This document shows positions 38,221-50,604 of a stretch of DNA of 64,000 nt, one piece after another (position 1 is the first letter of the stretch; each line of letters begins with the position of its first letter). A program made the translations under genes and the position numbers. The DNA is from Podarcis filfolensis (Eukaryota). The stretch is taken from NCBI GenBank assembly GCA_964270895.1, contig OZ185443.1. One strand, given 5' to 3'. The notes under the pieces were generated by a model. The model ran no database searches, was not told where the DNA came from, and was given only the letters and a program-made list of their open reading frames with translations.

Positions 38221-38312
38221 GGGTCATAGTTCAGTGGCTGAACATCTGCTTTGCATGCAAAAGGTACCAGGTTCAGTCCTTGGTATGTCCAGGTATAGCT
38301 CTGTCTGAAATC
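38221..38312 (+). mobile_element. SINE with tRNA-Ala(TGC)-derived head (related copies at about 35721-35880 and 42015-42160)
   Basis: catagttcagtgg...tgcttTGCatgcaaaaggtaccaggttcagtcc. The other copies continue into gagctagatggac...ttcctatgtt, a CR1-like 3' end. Confidence 0.65.
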
Positions 38313-39181
38313 TCTTCAAGGTGAGGTCAGACAGCCCTCTCCCTGTGGAACTTCTGGTGCCTACTGAAGACCTTTTTTTTAATTGCTGCAGGCATTTTAA
38401 TTGAATTGTGATTTTATAGTTGTAACTAGTTTCTAGCTTGAGTGTACTGAGTTTTTTTTAGTATACCCCTTTAGATAACCTGAAATTACAAATTATCAAA
38501 ATAATCAAGTAGACAATCCTGGGCTAAATAGACAAAGTCTTGACCTGGTATAATATGTTCCTACTCTATTCTTCCTTCTCTTCCTGGCTTGTTCCCTGTT
38601 GGTGTGGCTTTTTAGCTCTTTCTTTAGGAACATAAGAAGAGCAAACTGGACCAGGCCAATTGTCTACCTAGTTCAGCAAGCTGTCTTTGAAGTGGCCAGT
38701 CAAATAGCTATGGGAAGGCATATGCATTTTCTGCTTCTACCCCATTTGCCTCTTTCTAGTACTTTTATCAATGCTATTGCTCCTTCCATTGCACCCATGG
38801 CTCTTTAGCTGTTTTCCCTTCCCCAAGAGCTATGCTGTCTCACACTCTCTCTTTTTCCTTCATCTGTCCCAGTCTCATTTTCCTTTATTGCAATGTTTTG
38901 CCCACAAAGCTTTAGTTTGCACTTGGTTTGAATGAGGAAGTCGAATACAGCAGACTGTGATCATGAGACTTTCTGACCAACAAGGTAGTTATTTGGTGTT
39001 TTAATCTGTCTGTTAAATTTTTGAGTTGTTCAATGGTTGCATTCCTTTACACACCATTAATAGACACCTAGGAAAGGCAGGATATACGGTAAGTTGCCCA
39101 ACAATTAGGTGGCATGATATCTATGAAATTGTAAAAGAAATACCCTAAATGGGGGGATGGACAGGCATGCATTACTATGTC

Positions 39182-39349
39182 CAGTGCTTTTTTTCTGGGG
39201 GGACGCAGGGGTATGCATACCCCTGAACATTTTGTGAATCTTCGTACTTTTGTCCATTTACTGTATTTCCCATTTTGAACTATAAAATGGTGATTTTTCT
39301 TGAGTCAAAGTGAGAGTACCCCTAAACATTTTTTTTGAAAAAAAGCACT
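39182..39349. mobile_element. hAT-type MITE
   Basis: CAGTGCTTTTTTT...AAAAAAAGCACT. actatgtc occurs on the left and overlaps the right end, consistent with a TSD plus a small deletion. Confidence 0.72.
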
Positions 39350-40967
39350 ATGTCCACTTCTGCTCGTCCCTTGGTTTTTTAAAAAAATGTAAAATTCAAA
39401 AAATATGAAAAAGTGGGAGGCAAGCCAAACAAAAGCATCATTAAGTTGATTTTTCTTTCCAAGTTTGAACTTACTAGTAGCAGTGAGCATGAAGAAAGTG
39501 TAAGTCATTCTTATGATTTTTGATTGCTTTCACTTGCACATCTTTTAAAGAAAGCCGTGTGCTGTGCCCACTCCCCCCAAAATTCTCCAAATAAATGTAC
39601 TGTACTTCTGTGCATAATTGACTTGGTATCCTGTTGGGGTCGATAAAGTATATCCCCATTCTTTGCTCTTCTTCAGCTGAAAGATGTTCCCATAGTGGCT
39701 AATCTGATACTAGAGTTCTAATCTAACAGTACCTTACTGGCACATATTGGGCAGATGGTTCTGCTTACTGCCTCTTGTTTTCTGCTTGTGTGTCAAATCT
39801 CGTAATCACTTCTGTCTTAAGTAGCCATAGTTTCCTTTCTTTTGCCATGGGGGCAGGGGCACACATCATTGTTCAGTGATGGCGTTCTTTTAAATAGTAT
39901 TAAAAGACAGGCAGGATGTAACTTGTTACAAATAAGAGAAATACAAATATTTCTGACTTAGTGTTGCAATACTGCACTGGAAACGTCACAGTACTGTATA
40001 TTGCAAAAAGCAATTTTAAGTTGAGCAGCTTATGACAATGTGTGCAACTTCTGTTTGAAGCTGAAAGCAATTTCGTTGGCATGCAAAACTCACCTTATTT
40101 CTTCATCTTTCTCCAAGTTTGCTTTTTTTATTTCCCTTCTGGCCTTATCAACTATTTGGAGTCATTTTGGAAGAAATGTAGCGCGCATATTAAAATGTTG
40201 CTTTGAACATGCACTTCAGCCATGTAGTACTACAAGTAGCAGGAAGGTGGCAGCGTTGCACTGCGTTTCTCCACCACTTGAGATATTTTAACGAGATTCA
40301 AAAGTTGAAAAGCCTCAACAGCTCAGCATTTTAATCTACTTATGAAAGAGGAAAACATGATTTGCATGAGGATAAAAATCCACATTTGATCTAGAGAAGA
40401 AAAATGCTTTTTGCTTAAGTTTCTAGGCCCACTATTGGGTTAATTCAACGTTCCTTATGATAGCTAAGGGACAAAGTAAATGTGGCATTGATTGCATGAT
40501 TGGCCCTCGCTTGCTTTCTTATTTTGTTACTAAATAGCAGCTGTGGTAGGAAGGCAGTCCAGGTTAAGACCACGATGGGAGCAAACCATGGGCATGATCC
40601 ATATAAGACCCTACACCTTCAGTTGATATTTACTTCTTGTTAAAAGCAGAGAAGGAACCAACCATGTGATTAGCATGATGTCTGAATTCACCCTGAACTC
40701 CACTGGAATTCAGGGTTGAGTGTCTTACTCAAGAATTCCTTAGAGGCCATTTAGTTGCCTTGTATATATTAGGCCTCTATACCTGCCAGAAGACATTTTA
40801 AATACATGCAGCAGACTTCAGAGTCCCCCAGTATGGGCCTGGTTCTGTCCCAATAAAAACTGTACTAATTTAAAGGGAGACAAACTTTCTCATTTCAAGA
40901 GTGCCTGTAGTGGCAGAATTCTCTCTTCAAAATCAAACTGCACATACAGAATATTATTTTGCTGGTA

Positions 40968-41211
40968 GAAGAAGAAGAGTTTGGATTTGATATCCCGCCT
41001 TTCACTCCCTTTAAGGAGTCTCAAAGCGGCTAACATTCTCCTTTCCCTTCCTCCCCCACAACAAACACTCTGTGAGGTGAGTGGGGCTGAGAGACTTCAA
41101 AGAAGTGCGACTGGCCCAAGGTCACCCAGCAGCTGCATGTGGAGGAGCAGAGACGCGAACCCAGTTCCCCAGATGACGAGTCTACCGCTCTTAACCACTA
41201 CACCACACTGG
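40968..41211 (-). mobile_element. Squam3-like (tRNA/CORE) SINE with (CTT)n tail
   Basis: Minus strand CCAGTGTGGTGTAGTGGTTAAGAGC A box, GGGTTCGCG B box, gggtgaccttgggccagtc CORE-like segment, cttcttctt tail. Confidence 0.85.
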
Positions 41212-41525
41212 TAGCTGCTACTATAGTCTTTAATGGGACAGGGAAACTTTTAAACAGTTGCTCAGCACTTCACAAAACTAATGAAAGGGTGCCTTCCTTG
41301 ATAAGCCTGAATAAAATGCATCATGGGTTTTCTCCAAAATTGAGCTTATTTTATTAATTTTGCTATTTCCCTTCAATTAAGGAAGCCCTGAATGCCTGTA
41401 TTTTAGAGAACAAGTAGGAGATTTCAAAATTAAGTCATCCTCATTGCTAGTTTTAGCGGGGCGGGGAGAGTTTAGTAACATAAGAACTCCTGCAAACCCA
41501 ACCAATTTCTGTTTGCCATTTGCAG

Positions 41526-41673
41526 TGGGAAAAACTACAGATGACAACAAGTGAGAGGAGGAAGATTGTCTGCTCAGTCACATTCCACATTATTGCTATT
41601 ACCTGCGTAGTTTGGTCACTGTATGTACTAATAGATCGGACCGCCGAGGAAATTAAGCAAGGCAATGACAATG
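41526..41673 (+). CDS. MARCHF1: MARCHF1 TM1 exon, 148 nt
   Basis: tttgcag|TGG GAA...AAT G|gtgagt. [49 protein letters not shown]. Confidence 0.97.
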
Positions 41674-43256
41674 GTGAGTGTATTTATCATTTTCTTTCTT
41701 TATGTTCTTAAGTAGTATGATTTTAGAAATGGAGACTGTAAAGGCAAGTGAGTGCACAGAACCAAAAGCAACAGGTTCAAATGGGAGCATTCACCCAACT
41801 TCCCTAGTTCCAGTGTTCTGAGAACTTTGGCTTTTACATAAAAGAAGCAGGTTTCTAGCCCTTTAGGCCCCAGGCAACAGGTTTCAAAACATGTGGCCAA
41901 TGTCTAGTGAAATTGCAGGCGCTGCTTAGGGTGGGAATTCCAGCATCTAAGGGGGTTTGATTGCTCTGCATTGCTCCCCACCCCTGCTGACAGAGCAATT
42001 ATTCAAAATGGGGTTGCACCGCATGCAGGTGGACCCAGGCTCAATGACCAGCATCTCTACATAGGGCTGAGAATGTCTCCAGTCTGAACCCCCAAAGTGT
42101 CAGTGTAGACAACACTGAGCTAGATGGACAAATGGTCTGAGGCCCCTTCCTATGTTTCTAAAATAAAGCATATGCTGGCATGGTTAACATGATTTATCTA
42201 TTCTCAGAAGACGTTCTGACTTTACAAAGCAGCCCTGGCTACTTCATAAAGTGACTTATCTTTAGGCTAGCCACTGGGTGTCATGATATTCTAAAGACAA
42301 GCAACTGAGTATACATGAAACAAACATTGAGTATCACTGTGCCCAAGATTGCTCTGAAATACAATTTCCAACGTTGCATTTTTCCATTTAAAAATGTATA
42401 TATGCATGCCTTATTTTTCAAGCTTAAGAGATTCTGCTAGGCAAAAAATAAATGAAACAAAAATGATATTTTACTGATGTGTTTAACATTTTCATACACC
42501 CAGTAAAACTGCCCTCGGCAAGCTTAAATTATGCAGTAGCAAATTATACATTTGGCATTCAAATAGGCAAGATTCTTAATCTCAGCGGCATAAGAGCATT
42601 TTAAAAGTTATATCCTGCAGGAAACAATTTCTCTTCTAGCAAATCTTAACTCACTCAAAAGAAATATCTCCTGGGTAAAAGGATTTTCTGTAAATAAATG
42701 TTAAAAAGAAATGCTCTGCCCAAAGTAGTGACTTGAAGGACCTAAAAGTCAATTGCAAATGTGGGTATCCAACAGGGGGTGACCCCCAAACAAGTGATTT
42801 CCACATCCGGTTTAAAATTTAAAGAGCCCTAAGGGACCCATTTAATCCAGTGTCCTATTCACAGTACCCAACTAGATTCCTATGGGAACTCCATAGGCAG
42901 GATATTACAGCCTAGAGCTTCTCCCCCATCTAATCTCATGGAATTGAACCCTTTCACATAAATGTCAGGAAAGTTTAGCTTGCATGCATGAGCAAATAAT
43001 TATTCTTTCTGTTCAGTACAGGCAAATTCATTACTGGGAACCCTCCTATATCTAAAACCATAATATTAAGAAAACTTCAGAGCTTCACTGCTCAACACGA
43101 GAGGCCTTAGGAACTGAGCTGGTAGGGGGAGCCTTTGCAGCCTCCATGTGTCAGGAGGTTTCACTAAGCGCAATTTAGAAGCGAATAGCAATTCTGCGGG
43201 GAAATGAAACAGTAATATTAACTCTACCTCTTTCACCCCCTTTTTAACTCTGAAAG

Positions 43257-43558
43257 GTGTGCTGGAGTGGCCATTTTGGACAAAACTGGTTGTGGTGGCC
43301 ATTGGGTTCACGGGAGGCCTTGTCTTCATGTACGTGCAATGTAAAGTCTACATTCAATTGTGGCGAAGGCTTAAGGCTTACAATCGAGTGATATTTGTTC
43401 AAAACTGTCCAGACACTGCCAAAAAACTAGAGGAGAAAAATTATTCCTCCAATCAGAACACTGAAATCAAAGACTCCGTAGTGGTGCCAGTATCACAGAC
43501 AGGTACAAACTCTCAACAATCAGGAGAAGAAACTGTTTCTGATGTGATGCCGGTTTGA
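43257..43558 (+). CDS. MARCHF1: MARCHF1 last coding exon (TM2 and cytoplasmic tail), stop TGA 43556-43558
   Basis: ctgaaag|[67 protein letters not shown]...DVMPV*. Confidence 0.97.
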
Positions 43559-45857
43559 TGGAAGCTGCGTTTCTCTTTCTTTACTGAAGAACAAAGTAAT
43601 GTGCTTTCCTACTGTTCAGCCACATTAAAACAGCAAAACCACTAAGTAAATCTGAAGGAAGAACAAATGGGAAAATCAATCAAGAGAAGTTACACGTTAC
43701 CTCTGGAATGTAATTGTGAAGTGGCTAAGCATAGTGAAAATGCAAAGAAGAAAGCGCATCAGAGATGACTTTCGAACAGGCAAAGAAACATGGCAAGTAC
43801 CACTGTTGATGGCTGAAAAGAGCTGCATATGCAGATTTACTACCAGTGTTCTGTTTACAAGGAGAAAACCCTTACATCTATTTGTTACTATGGTCTTTTT
43901 TGCTAATTATCGTAATCTTGGACACACTCTCTTCAAGGCAATTTTTAAAACGATTCATATTTACCCTTAAAGTCATGCAAAGAGATATGCACCATAGCAC
44001 AAAGTATCCGAACCTCATAATGTGATAATTTTACAAAGAGGTGGCTGACCTGCAGCATATATGGTTTGAAGGCGATATGAAGGAAATCCTTTCCAAAAGT
44101 TACAATTGAAAATGTATGTTTAAAATGTGAGTATTTGTAAACTAGGTAGCTGAAAATATCCCTTGTATGCACAAATGATCATTTTCTTTCACATTTTTAT
44201 ATTCATTTGGTGCAGCAATTTGACTGCTGCTTATTCATGAGAGCTAAAATTGACAGAATATTCCTGCCACCTCCAAAATTCTGCTAAAGGGTAATATGTT
44301 CTATAATCAGAGATATATTGCAGACAGAGCAGCAGGAAACCTTGAAAACATGTTTTTAGTACTTACATATTAGTGTGTAAAATATGCAAAGGGTGGGAGA
44401 TTAAATTCTATTCTTTTGTTTAAGAGATCAGGATAGAACAGATTCAGAAACTTGTTAGGACAATATTGAAAGAGTCAAAGTAGGCAGCATTACCCATATG
44501 CCAGTATCTCTCTGATGTCCACTAAATTGACAAAGTATGTGGTACCTTCTATACAGGAGTAAAGCTGAATCATTAATGGTTCAGTAGTTCAGTTGTTACT
44601 ATTGTGGTTTTAGCATAGTAATGTAAGACTGAAGTGTGACTAAATAGAAAATGCAGAAGATATATATCAGTATCATGTTGTACCCAGCAGGGATGACTTG
44701 CACGGGGGGGAAGCCAATAACTTTGGCACCCCATTTCAGAATGATGTACCTCAACAGACTAAATGATCGGATGTCCTAAAAAGAAAGGGCACTGCACCTG
44801 TCCTTATACCACTCTTATGCTTGTTGAATGTATTGTGAGTTGTGCCCAAGTAATGTGAGTTATACAAGAACAGTGTTACTAGTAATGAGAGGAAGTTATG
44901 GTGGCAAACTGCAGTGGATTAAGTAATTTTTTAAAAGGACTACATTTCACATTTCATACTTATAAAACACAGTAAGACATCGATTCTGAAAATACTCAGC
45001 AGATGTATGTGATGGATCAGTTGAGACATTGCAAAAAGCACATAGCCTCCTTAAAATTAATGGGCCTTTCCCCAGTGATTTCAGTAGTTTCTTATTGGAA
45101 TCATGGCACTAGTTGGAAAAATTAAAATGAGATTATGTAAGACAATAGTTTAGCAAAAAGAGTTGATAATGCGGATCTTGAGTAGAAGTTGCATAAATAA
45201 CCCATCGATGAAGACTTTAATGCTAAAATGAAGAAATGCATTTTAACATTTAAACTGTCAGATGAAGGAGCCACACAAATTCTTTGTGGGGTTTAGAACA
45301 CTGTGTATTTGAATAGAGGTCATAGGAGGGACCGAACAAAATTAAGATCAGAATAAAATTAATTCCAAACTGAGTGGTTCATATCCATTTCACTAAGAAA
45401 AAGACACACACACATCCAGATATAGTCTAACTATATAAACTGAAGTGATAGCTGACCTGGTGATTTTCTGCCCAGCTATAGCCATTTATAATAATGTACC
45501 ATTGCTTTGCATAAACAGCTGACTACTGTGATATAAATACTTTAAAAGATAAGACAGCTGCAGCACATCGCACCATACTGGACAGGGCACAATATAAATT
45601 GCTTACTGAATTCCACTAAGTCAATTCAAAATGCTAATTTTTGAAGTCTCAATGCAACCAAATTAACAATGTTTCAGCTTTAGGTCCCCATGCATTTAGC
45701 AAATTAAAAGAAGGCCAGCTGATCATTTTGCCCGACAGCATAGTAATCAAGCATTGGATTCATGGAGACGGGCATGACTATAAATCACAATGCATAGGGC
45801 AGAAATAGTTTTTTTATCACCAGAAGGAGACCATGTATGGAGACCATGTTTTCAAGA

Positions 45858-45929
45858 CATAGAATAGAATCATAGAGTTGGAAGAGACCACAAGGGCCAT
45901 CGAGTCCAACCCCCTGCCAAGCAGGAAAC
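45858..45929 (-). mobile_element. CR1 LINE 3' terminus inside the predicted MARCHF1 3' UTR
   Basis: Minus strand tcctgcttggcagggggttggactcgatggcccttgtggtctcttccaactctatgattctattct, with an (ATTCT)n tail. Confidence 0.85.
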
Positions 45930-46629
45930 ATACTAGTGACTTGGTTGCATTGCTTAGAAGCAAGACCTTTTCCTTTTTAAGATGGTTCTGAAATCCAATG
46001 CAGCTGGCTGAAGCAGCTATGAAGGAATAGTTACCACTTTTTTTCCACGAAATGGAGATGCCAGTTGTCACACACAGACTATAGTGTTATCTGTCTTTTC
46101 TAGTGCCAGTTAATAGATGACCATTAGAGATATCAGAAGTTTTATCAAAGAAAATGTTTACATGGTGGAATAAGGTGACCCTTAGAAAACAAAGATGAAA
46201 AGTTAACAATGAGGTAGTGTTAAATGCCAAATTAACTGTCTTCATCAACTCTGTATGGGGCTATCAGGGGCGTTCCCCTATGGATTGTTCTATTAGCTTT
46301 ACAAGCATAACTAAGCAGCCTACTGGTGCTATTGCCACAGCTGGAAAGCAGTCAATAGTTTGGTTCTAAAATGTGTACATCAGTACACAACTCCACCACC
46401 AAAATTAGCAGTCAAATTTTGAAACTTGCACTGCAATGCAATCTACGATGCAAATATTTTACTGTGTATATTGTTGAGACCCAAAAGTTTTGTTACTTGT
46501 TTTACCCAGTTCTCTTTTGCAAAAGAGCTTAGATGCTTTTGTGGGTGACTTGTGTATTAAAAAGGTATTTGGGATGGGAAAGAAACTTAATATAAACTAC
46601 TAATTGTTGTGGAACAAATTTGTATTTGT

Positions 46630-46635
46630 ATTAAA
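46630..46635 (+). terminator. Candidate distal MARCHF1 poly(A) signal ATTAAA
   Basis: tttgtatttgtATTAAAcag, preceded by U/GU-rich sequence, with U-rich sequence downstream. Confidence 0.45.
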
Positions 46636-47227
46636 CAGATGCCTCTAGAGGTTACTTGTAAGTCATTTGCTTTTAAAGTGCAATCATATACGGTATGTTG
46701 ATAATATGGACTGCCAACCCTTTCCGAGCCAATGGATGCATTTCAAATTTTGAGGAAATGATGTGGCAACTTGGGACAGGGGTGTAAGTGGCATAAAACA
46801 ACCAGGGTGCTAAATCTAAAGAGCAGAAAAAGATAACAAGGCCACAAAATGGTAAGAGACATCCCACCACGCACCACCTATGGAGAAAAGAACATTTCAC
46901 TGCCCATCTCCTCTGCTCAAAATGGAAAAGAGGGAGGGTATCCAATCTTGACCTGTTTAAGGAGGTATGTTCAGTGCTCAACAGGCCAAGCCAGCGCAAA
47001 CAGGCACTGAGCAAGAGGGCCAAGTGGTCATACACTCTGGATACACTCTGCAAGAGGTACTGGCACCCACAAATTCTGCACTGGTAAAACCTGAAAGCTG
47101 CCACTGCATGGTGACAATTTTATATAACAGTCTTATCCAGGAAGAAGGGTGGTAGGGGACACTAGTTCCCAAGAATGCACTATGTTAACATCCTCCTCCT
47201 AAACCAAGCATGAGTGCTTAACCACTG

Positions 47228-47339
47228 ACCCTCCAGATGTCACAGAACCCCAACTCCCAACAGCCCCAGGCAGCATGGCTGACTGGGATGCCAGGAGTTG
47301 GACTCAGACATTTGGACAGCCACAGATTAGCCATCCCTG
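47228..47339. mobile_element. Truncated palindromic hAT MITE (related copies at about 48920-49009 and 59490-59590)
   Basis: Same ctccagatgt...caactccca...gggagttg...catttgga core as the 52078 element, with one TIR-like end (ccatccctg). Confidence 0.6.
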
Positions 47340-47736
47340 CCCTAAACCTACTGAATGACATCCTGAAAGCGCATGATAAAAATGGATCCACTTGGGCCAA
47401 AATAGACATTATGGCAGCAGAACCCTTTTTAGGAGTCAGGTTGCCACCAAATTCAAGCAAGGAGGAATGTAACTAAATCAGCATGTGAGCAGGCATGAGT
47501 AAGGGGACTGAAATTGCCTCCTTGCCTCTATTTTACTTCCCAGCTTGATATACCCCAGCAGGTTTAATGACTGCTGAGATCAGGTCTGAAAGGAAACCAC
47601 TCCTCACCCTCCAGGAAAAAACCAGCTGGGAAAAACCTGTCAAAAGGAGTAGCTTTTTCACCCTTCTGTTCTGCTGCTGCTTTAAATAAATTCAGCATGG
47701 TCAGAGTACCCCACATCTAGTTGCTACGTCTATGAA

Positions 47737-47742
47737 CTTAAA
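47737..47742 (-). terminator. Candidate TMA16 poly(A) signal ATTAAA
   Basis: tttaat on + about 175 nt after the stop codon. Confidence 0.35.
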
Positions 47743-47916
47743 ATATTTTAATGTTTTTCAAAAGACAATGATTCTTCATCTTATTACATCATGAATTGAA
47801 GACTAAATTACAGTTCTGGTCTTAGTCAAGATAGCTGGGTCCTGTCACATTTACACTCAAAATGTGATTTAGTCTAGCTCTAACTGAACATTAAAATAGC
47901 AGCTTGGCAATTTGCT

Positions 47917-48088
47917 TCAACTGTCATTTCCCATACCAGCAAGCATTTGTTTCTCTGCATCCTTTGCTGCATCCAAGTCCATCTCAGCTTCAACTGTTGC
48001 CTTCTTAGTTAAGCTGCTAAGAGCATCTTTACTGGATATCATCCTCATTTTAATGTTTGGTAGCTTCTGCAAATCACCATCCCAGGTA
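47917..48088 (-). CDS. TMA16: TMA16 last coding exon (TWDGDLQKLPNIKMRMISSKDAL...GNDS*)
   Basis: acttcacag|T ACC TGG GAT, stop TGA at 47919-47917. Total CDS 603 nt, 200 aa. Confidence 0.93.
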
Positions 48089-48305
48089 CTGTGAAGTAGG
48101 GAAAGGAGGGGAAATGACAGTAGTTTAGACCATGGAAACCACTGCTAATCAAACATTTCTACCAGTGAATTTAAGGTGGTCCGCCTTAAATTAAGGACTT
48201 GGGAGTGACCAAACTTTGTTCTGACATGCAGACTGCCCCACACTGACATCCCCCCCACCCAGAACTGCTACAGCATGAGTGAGTTTAAATAAGAAAACAA
48301 CTCAC

Positions 48306-48348
48306 CTGAATGTTTTAAGGTGCTTAGAGTTCACAATGTCCGGGATCT
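48306..48348 (-). CDS. TMA16: TMA16 exon 6, 43 nt (EIPDIVNSKHLKTF)
   Basis: tttccaacag|AG ATC CCG GAC...TTC AG|gtgagt. Confidence 0.93.
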
Positions 48349-50390
48349 CTGTTGGAAACAGAATAAAAACCAAGATCATCCAACCATTTCTAAATAGAAA
48401 TTTTGATTTGAGACACTTTAAAAGGCTAGCTGAAGGACCCTCTACTTCTGCTTCTGATAGTACCTAGAAGAAAGTGAGAATTTCCACACTCTCCACCTTC
48501 AAAAAACAGAAAACAAATACTGGACTCTTGCCAAGAATTCTGTCTACTATGAAAGAAATAATTATTAGGGAACGCATCTTTAGCACCAACCTGTTAAGTA
48601 CTACTGTACATCAGGGGAGGGTGCTTCTTTTCAGAGCTTTTTGAATTTGGCTAAACCTCAATGATCTTCGTGCATGTATCAGTGGTAATAATCATAATAC
48701 CTCACTTCTGACTCCTTTGTCCAAGTTCACAGCTGTGGTTATATTACTGGTCACATACTAAATCTTACACTATCTCCAAATGCACAGCACCATAGATTAT
48801 ATAGCATCTGTGCTCAGAGATTCTGAAACAAAAGAAAACCTTGCCAGATAGTGCACTTCAGCTACTGAATTCTCACCATTTTTCTACTGATTATACTGCT
48901 TAGAAAGGTCAAGATCATAGCAACTCCAGATGTTTTAAGCTACAACTCCTCTTGGCCCCAGTCAGCCCCCTACCCACAATTTGGAGAACACCTGGTTGGG
49001 GAAGGCTGCACTGAAATGAAGTGGTAGCTGCTTTAGATGTCTCAAGGTCATGCCCCTAACAAAGAGCAAAAATAGAGCAAAAAAACAAATTGTTTAAAAG
49101 AAAGCTACCATTAAAAGCAGGGCTGCAATTCAATTGAAGACACTTTAAATTGATCATATGAGTGTCAGTTGACTGATTAAATTTGCATAGGAGTGTTAGT
49201 TGGCTAATTAAATTTGTATATAATTAATAAACATTATTTCTGAAGCAAGAATACTCCCCCCCCCACTTCATTTTGGATGAAACAAGTATTACAGCAAGCA
49301 TAGTCTTAGAAGAAGCATATCTCCTGTGTTTGACACAAGGGAGAATGCTTCAAGGTGGTGCTTGCCGTATGGAGTTTCTAGAAACACTTGTGTTTAAAAA
49401 TATGTTTTGAAAAATCCGATGCCCAATCAGGGACACCATTTTAGTTGATTGAAAGCTTTTAATCAAACCACTCCTAATCAGGTAAGTATATTTCTTTGTC
49501 AAATAGACTAGCTCATTTGAGAATCCACTGAAGTAAGACCTACAACAAGCAGGTGTCACAGCCTTTTTGCAATTTCAGGGAGCAGATTGGGGCAGAGTAG
49601 GGTAGTCATACTAGCAAATTGCTCATTCAACATAGGTGATTGTGAGAAAGGTAGAGCAGAAAAAAATTATCGGTGCAGAATGAACACTCTTGACATTCAG
49701 AGCATTAAAGCATGCAGTTCCCAATTTGACTGCTGCATGAGATTATTCTGATGGACACTTTGACACTAAATATATATTGCAATGTTCTGACTGAATTAAC
49801 ACTAAACTGTCCATTGTCTAGTAGTTGATTCATACGGCCATTGTGTGCGTCAGGGGTGTAAGATTTTGGATTTATTTTGCAGATTACTGACATCACCATG
49901 CAGTTCCCCAAAATGGAGCTATTAACAGCCAAGAACAGAGTGCTTGAAAGCCCAAACTGCTCATGTACCATACTGATGGGAACAGGAAGGGGGAAGATAA
50001 AATTTTCAGTAAAACCTACTAATTCCGTTTTGCCTTCAGGCAATGACACAGCACAGCAAAGGAAAGTGAAAAGAATGATACATGGAAAGTAACATCAACC
50101 ACGTGTTTGGGGGTTTGATATATTAAGGCAGGTATAGAAACTCAGGGAAGGTCACAGAATCTCTTTGGAAACCCCTGTCTCCAATTGCCAGAAAGCCTCT
50201 GATCTTTAGGCAACACCTGCTGATTTGCCTGGACAGCCCAGTTTGTTACTGTACTATTTTTTAAAAAAACATATGCAGCTTGCTGAACAAACACTTGTGT
50301 TGTGTGAGCTGCCAGCACACCACTCTCTCAACTGCAGTAGTGCTAATGCTCACCAGGACCAGGATGGGGTGTGACAGCAAGAGCAGAGCA

Positions 50391-50604
50391 GTAAAAGGTA
50401 AAGGACCCCCAGACGGCTAAGTCCAGTCAAAGGCGACTATGGGGTGCAGCACTCATCTCGCTTCAGGCCGAGGGAGCCGGCGTTTGTCTGCAGGCAGCTT
50501 GTCATGTGGCCAACATGAGGGTCATGTGGCCAACACAGGTCATGTGGCAAACATGACAAAACTGCTTCTGGCGCAATGGAACCCTGTGACAGAAGCCAGA
50601 GCGC
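50391..50604 (-). mobile_element. 5'-truncated Sauria SINE
   Basis: aaaggtaaaggacccc... is the reverse complement of the Sauria 3' half. Confidence 0.88.

Larger units (their letters stand above)
43559..46655 (+). other. MARCHF1: Probable MARCHF1 3' UTR (about 3.1 kb)
   Basis: AT-rich, nearly TE-free stretch after the stop. AATAAA at 45352-45357 and ATTAAA at 46630-46635. The end point is inferred. Confidence 0.5.

Noticed and set aside
50062-50071. Perfect GAAAGTGAAA IRF/PRDM1 motif
   Set aside because: Isolated 10-mer in a TMA16 intron with no supporting cluster.
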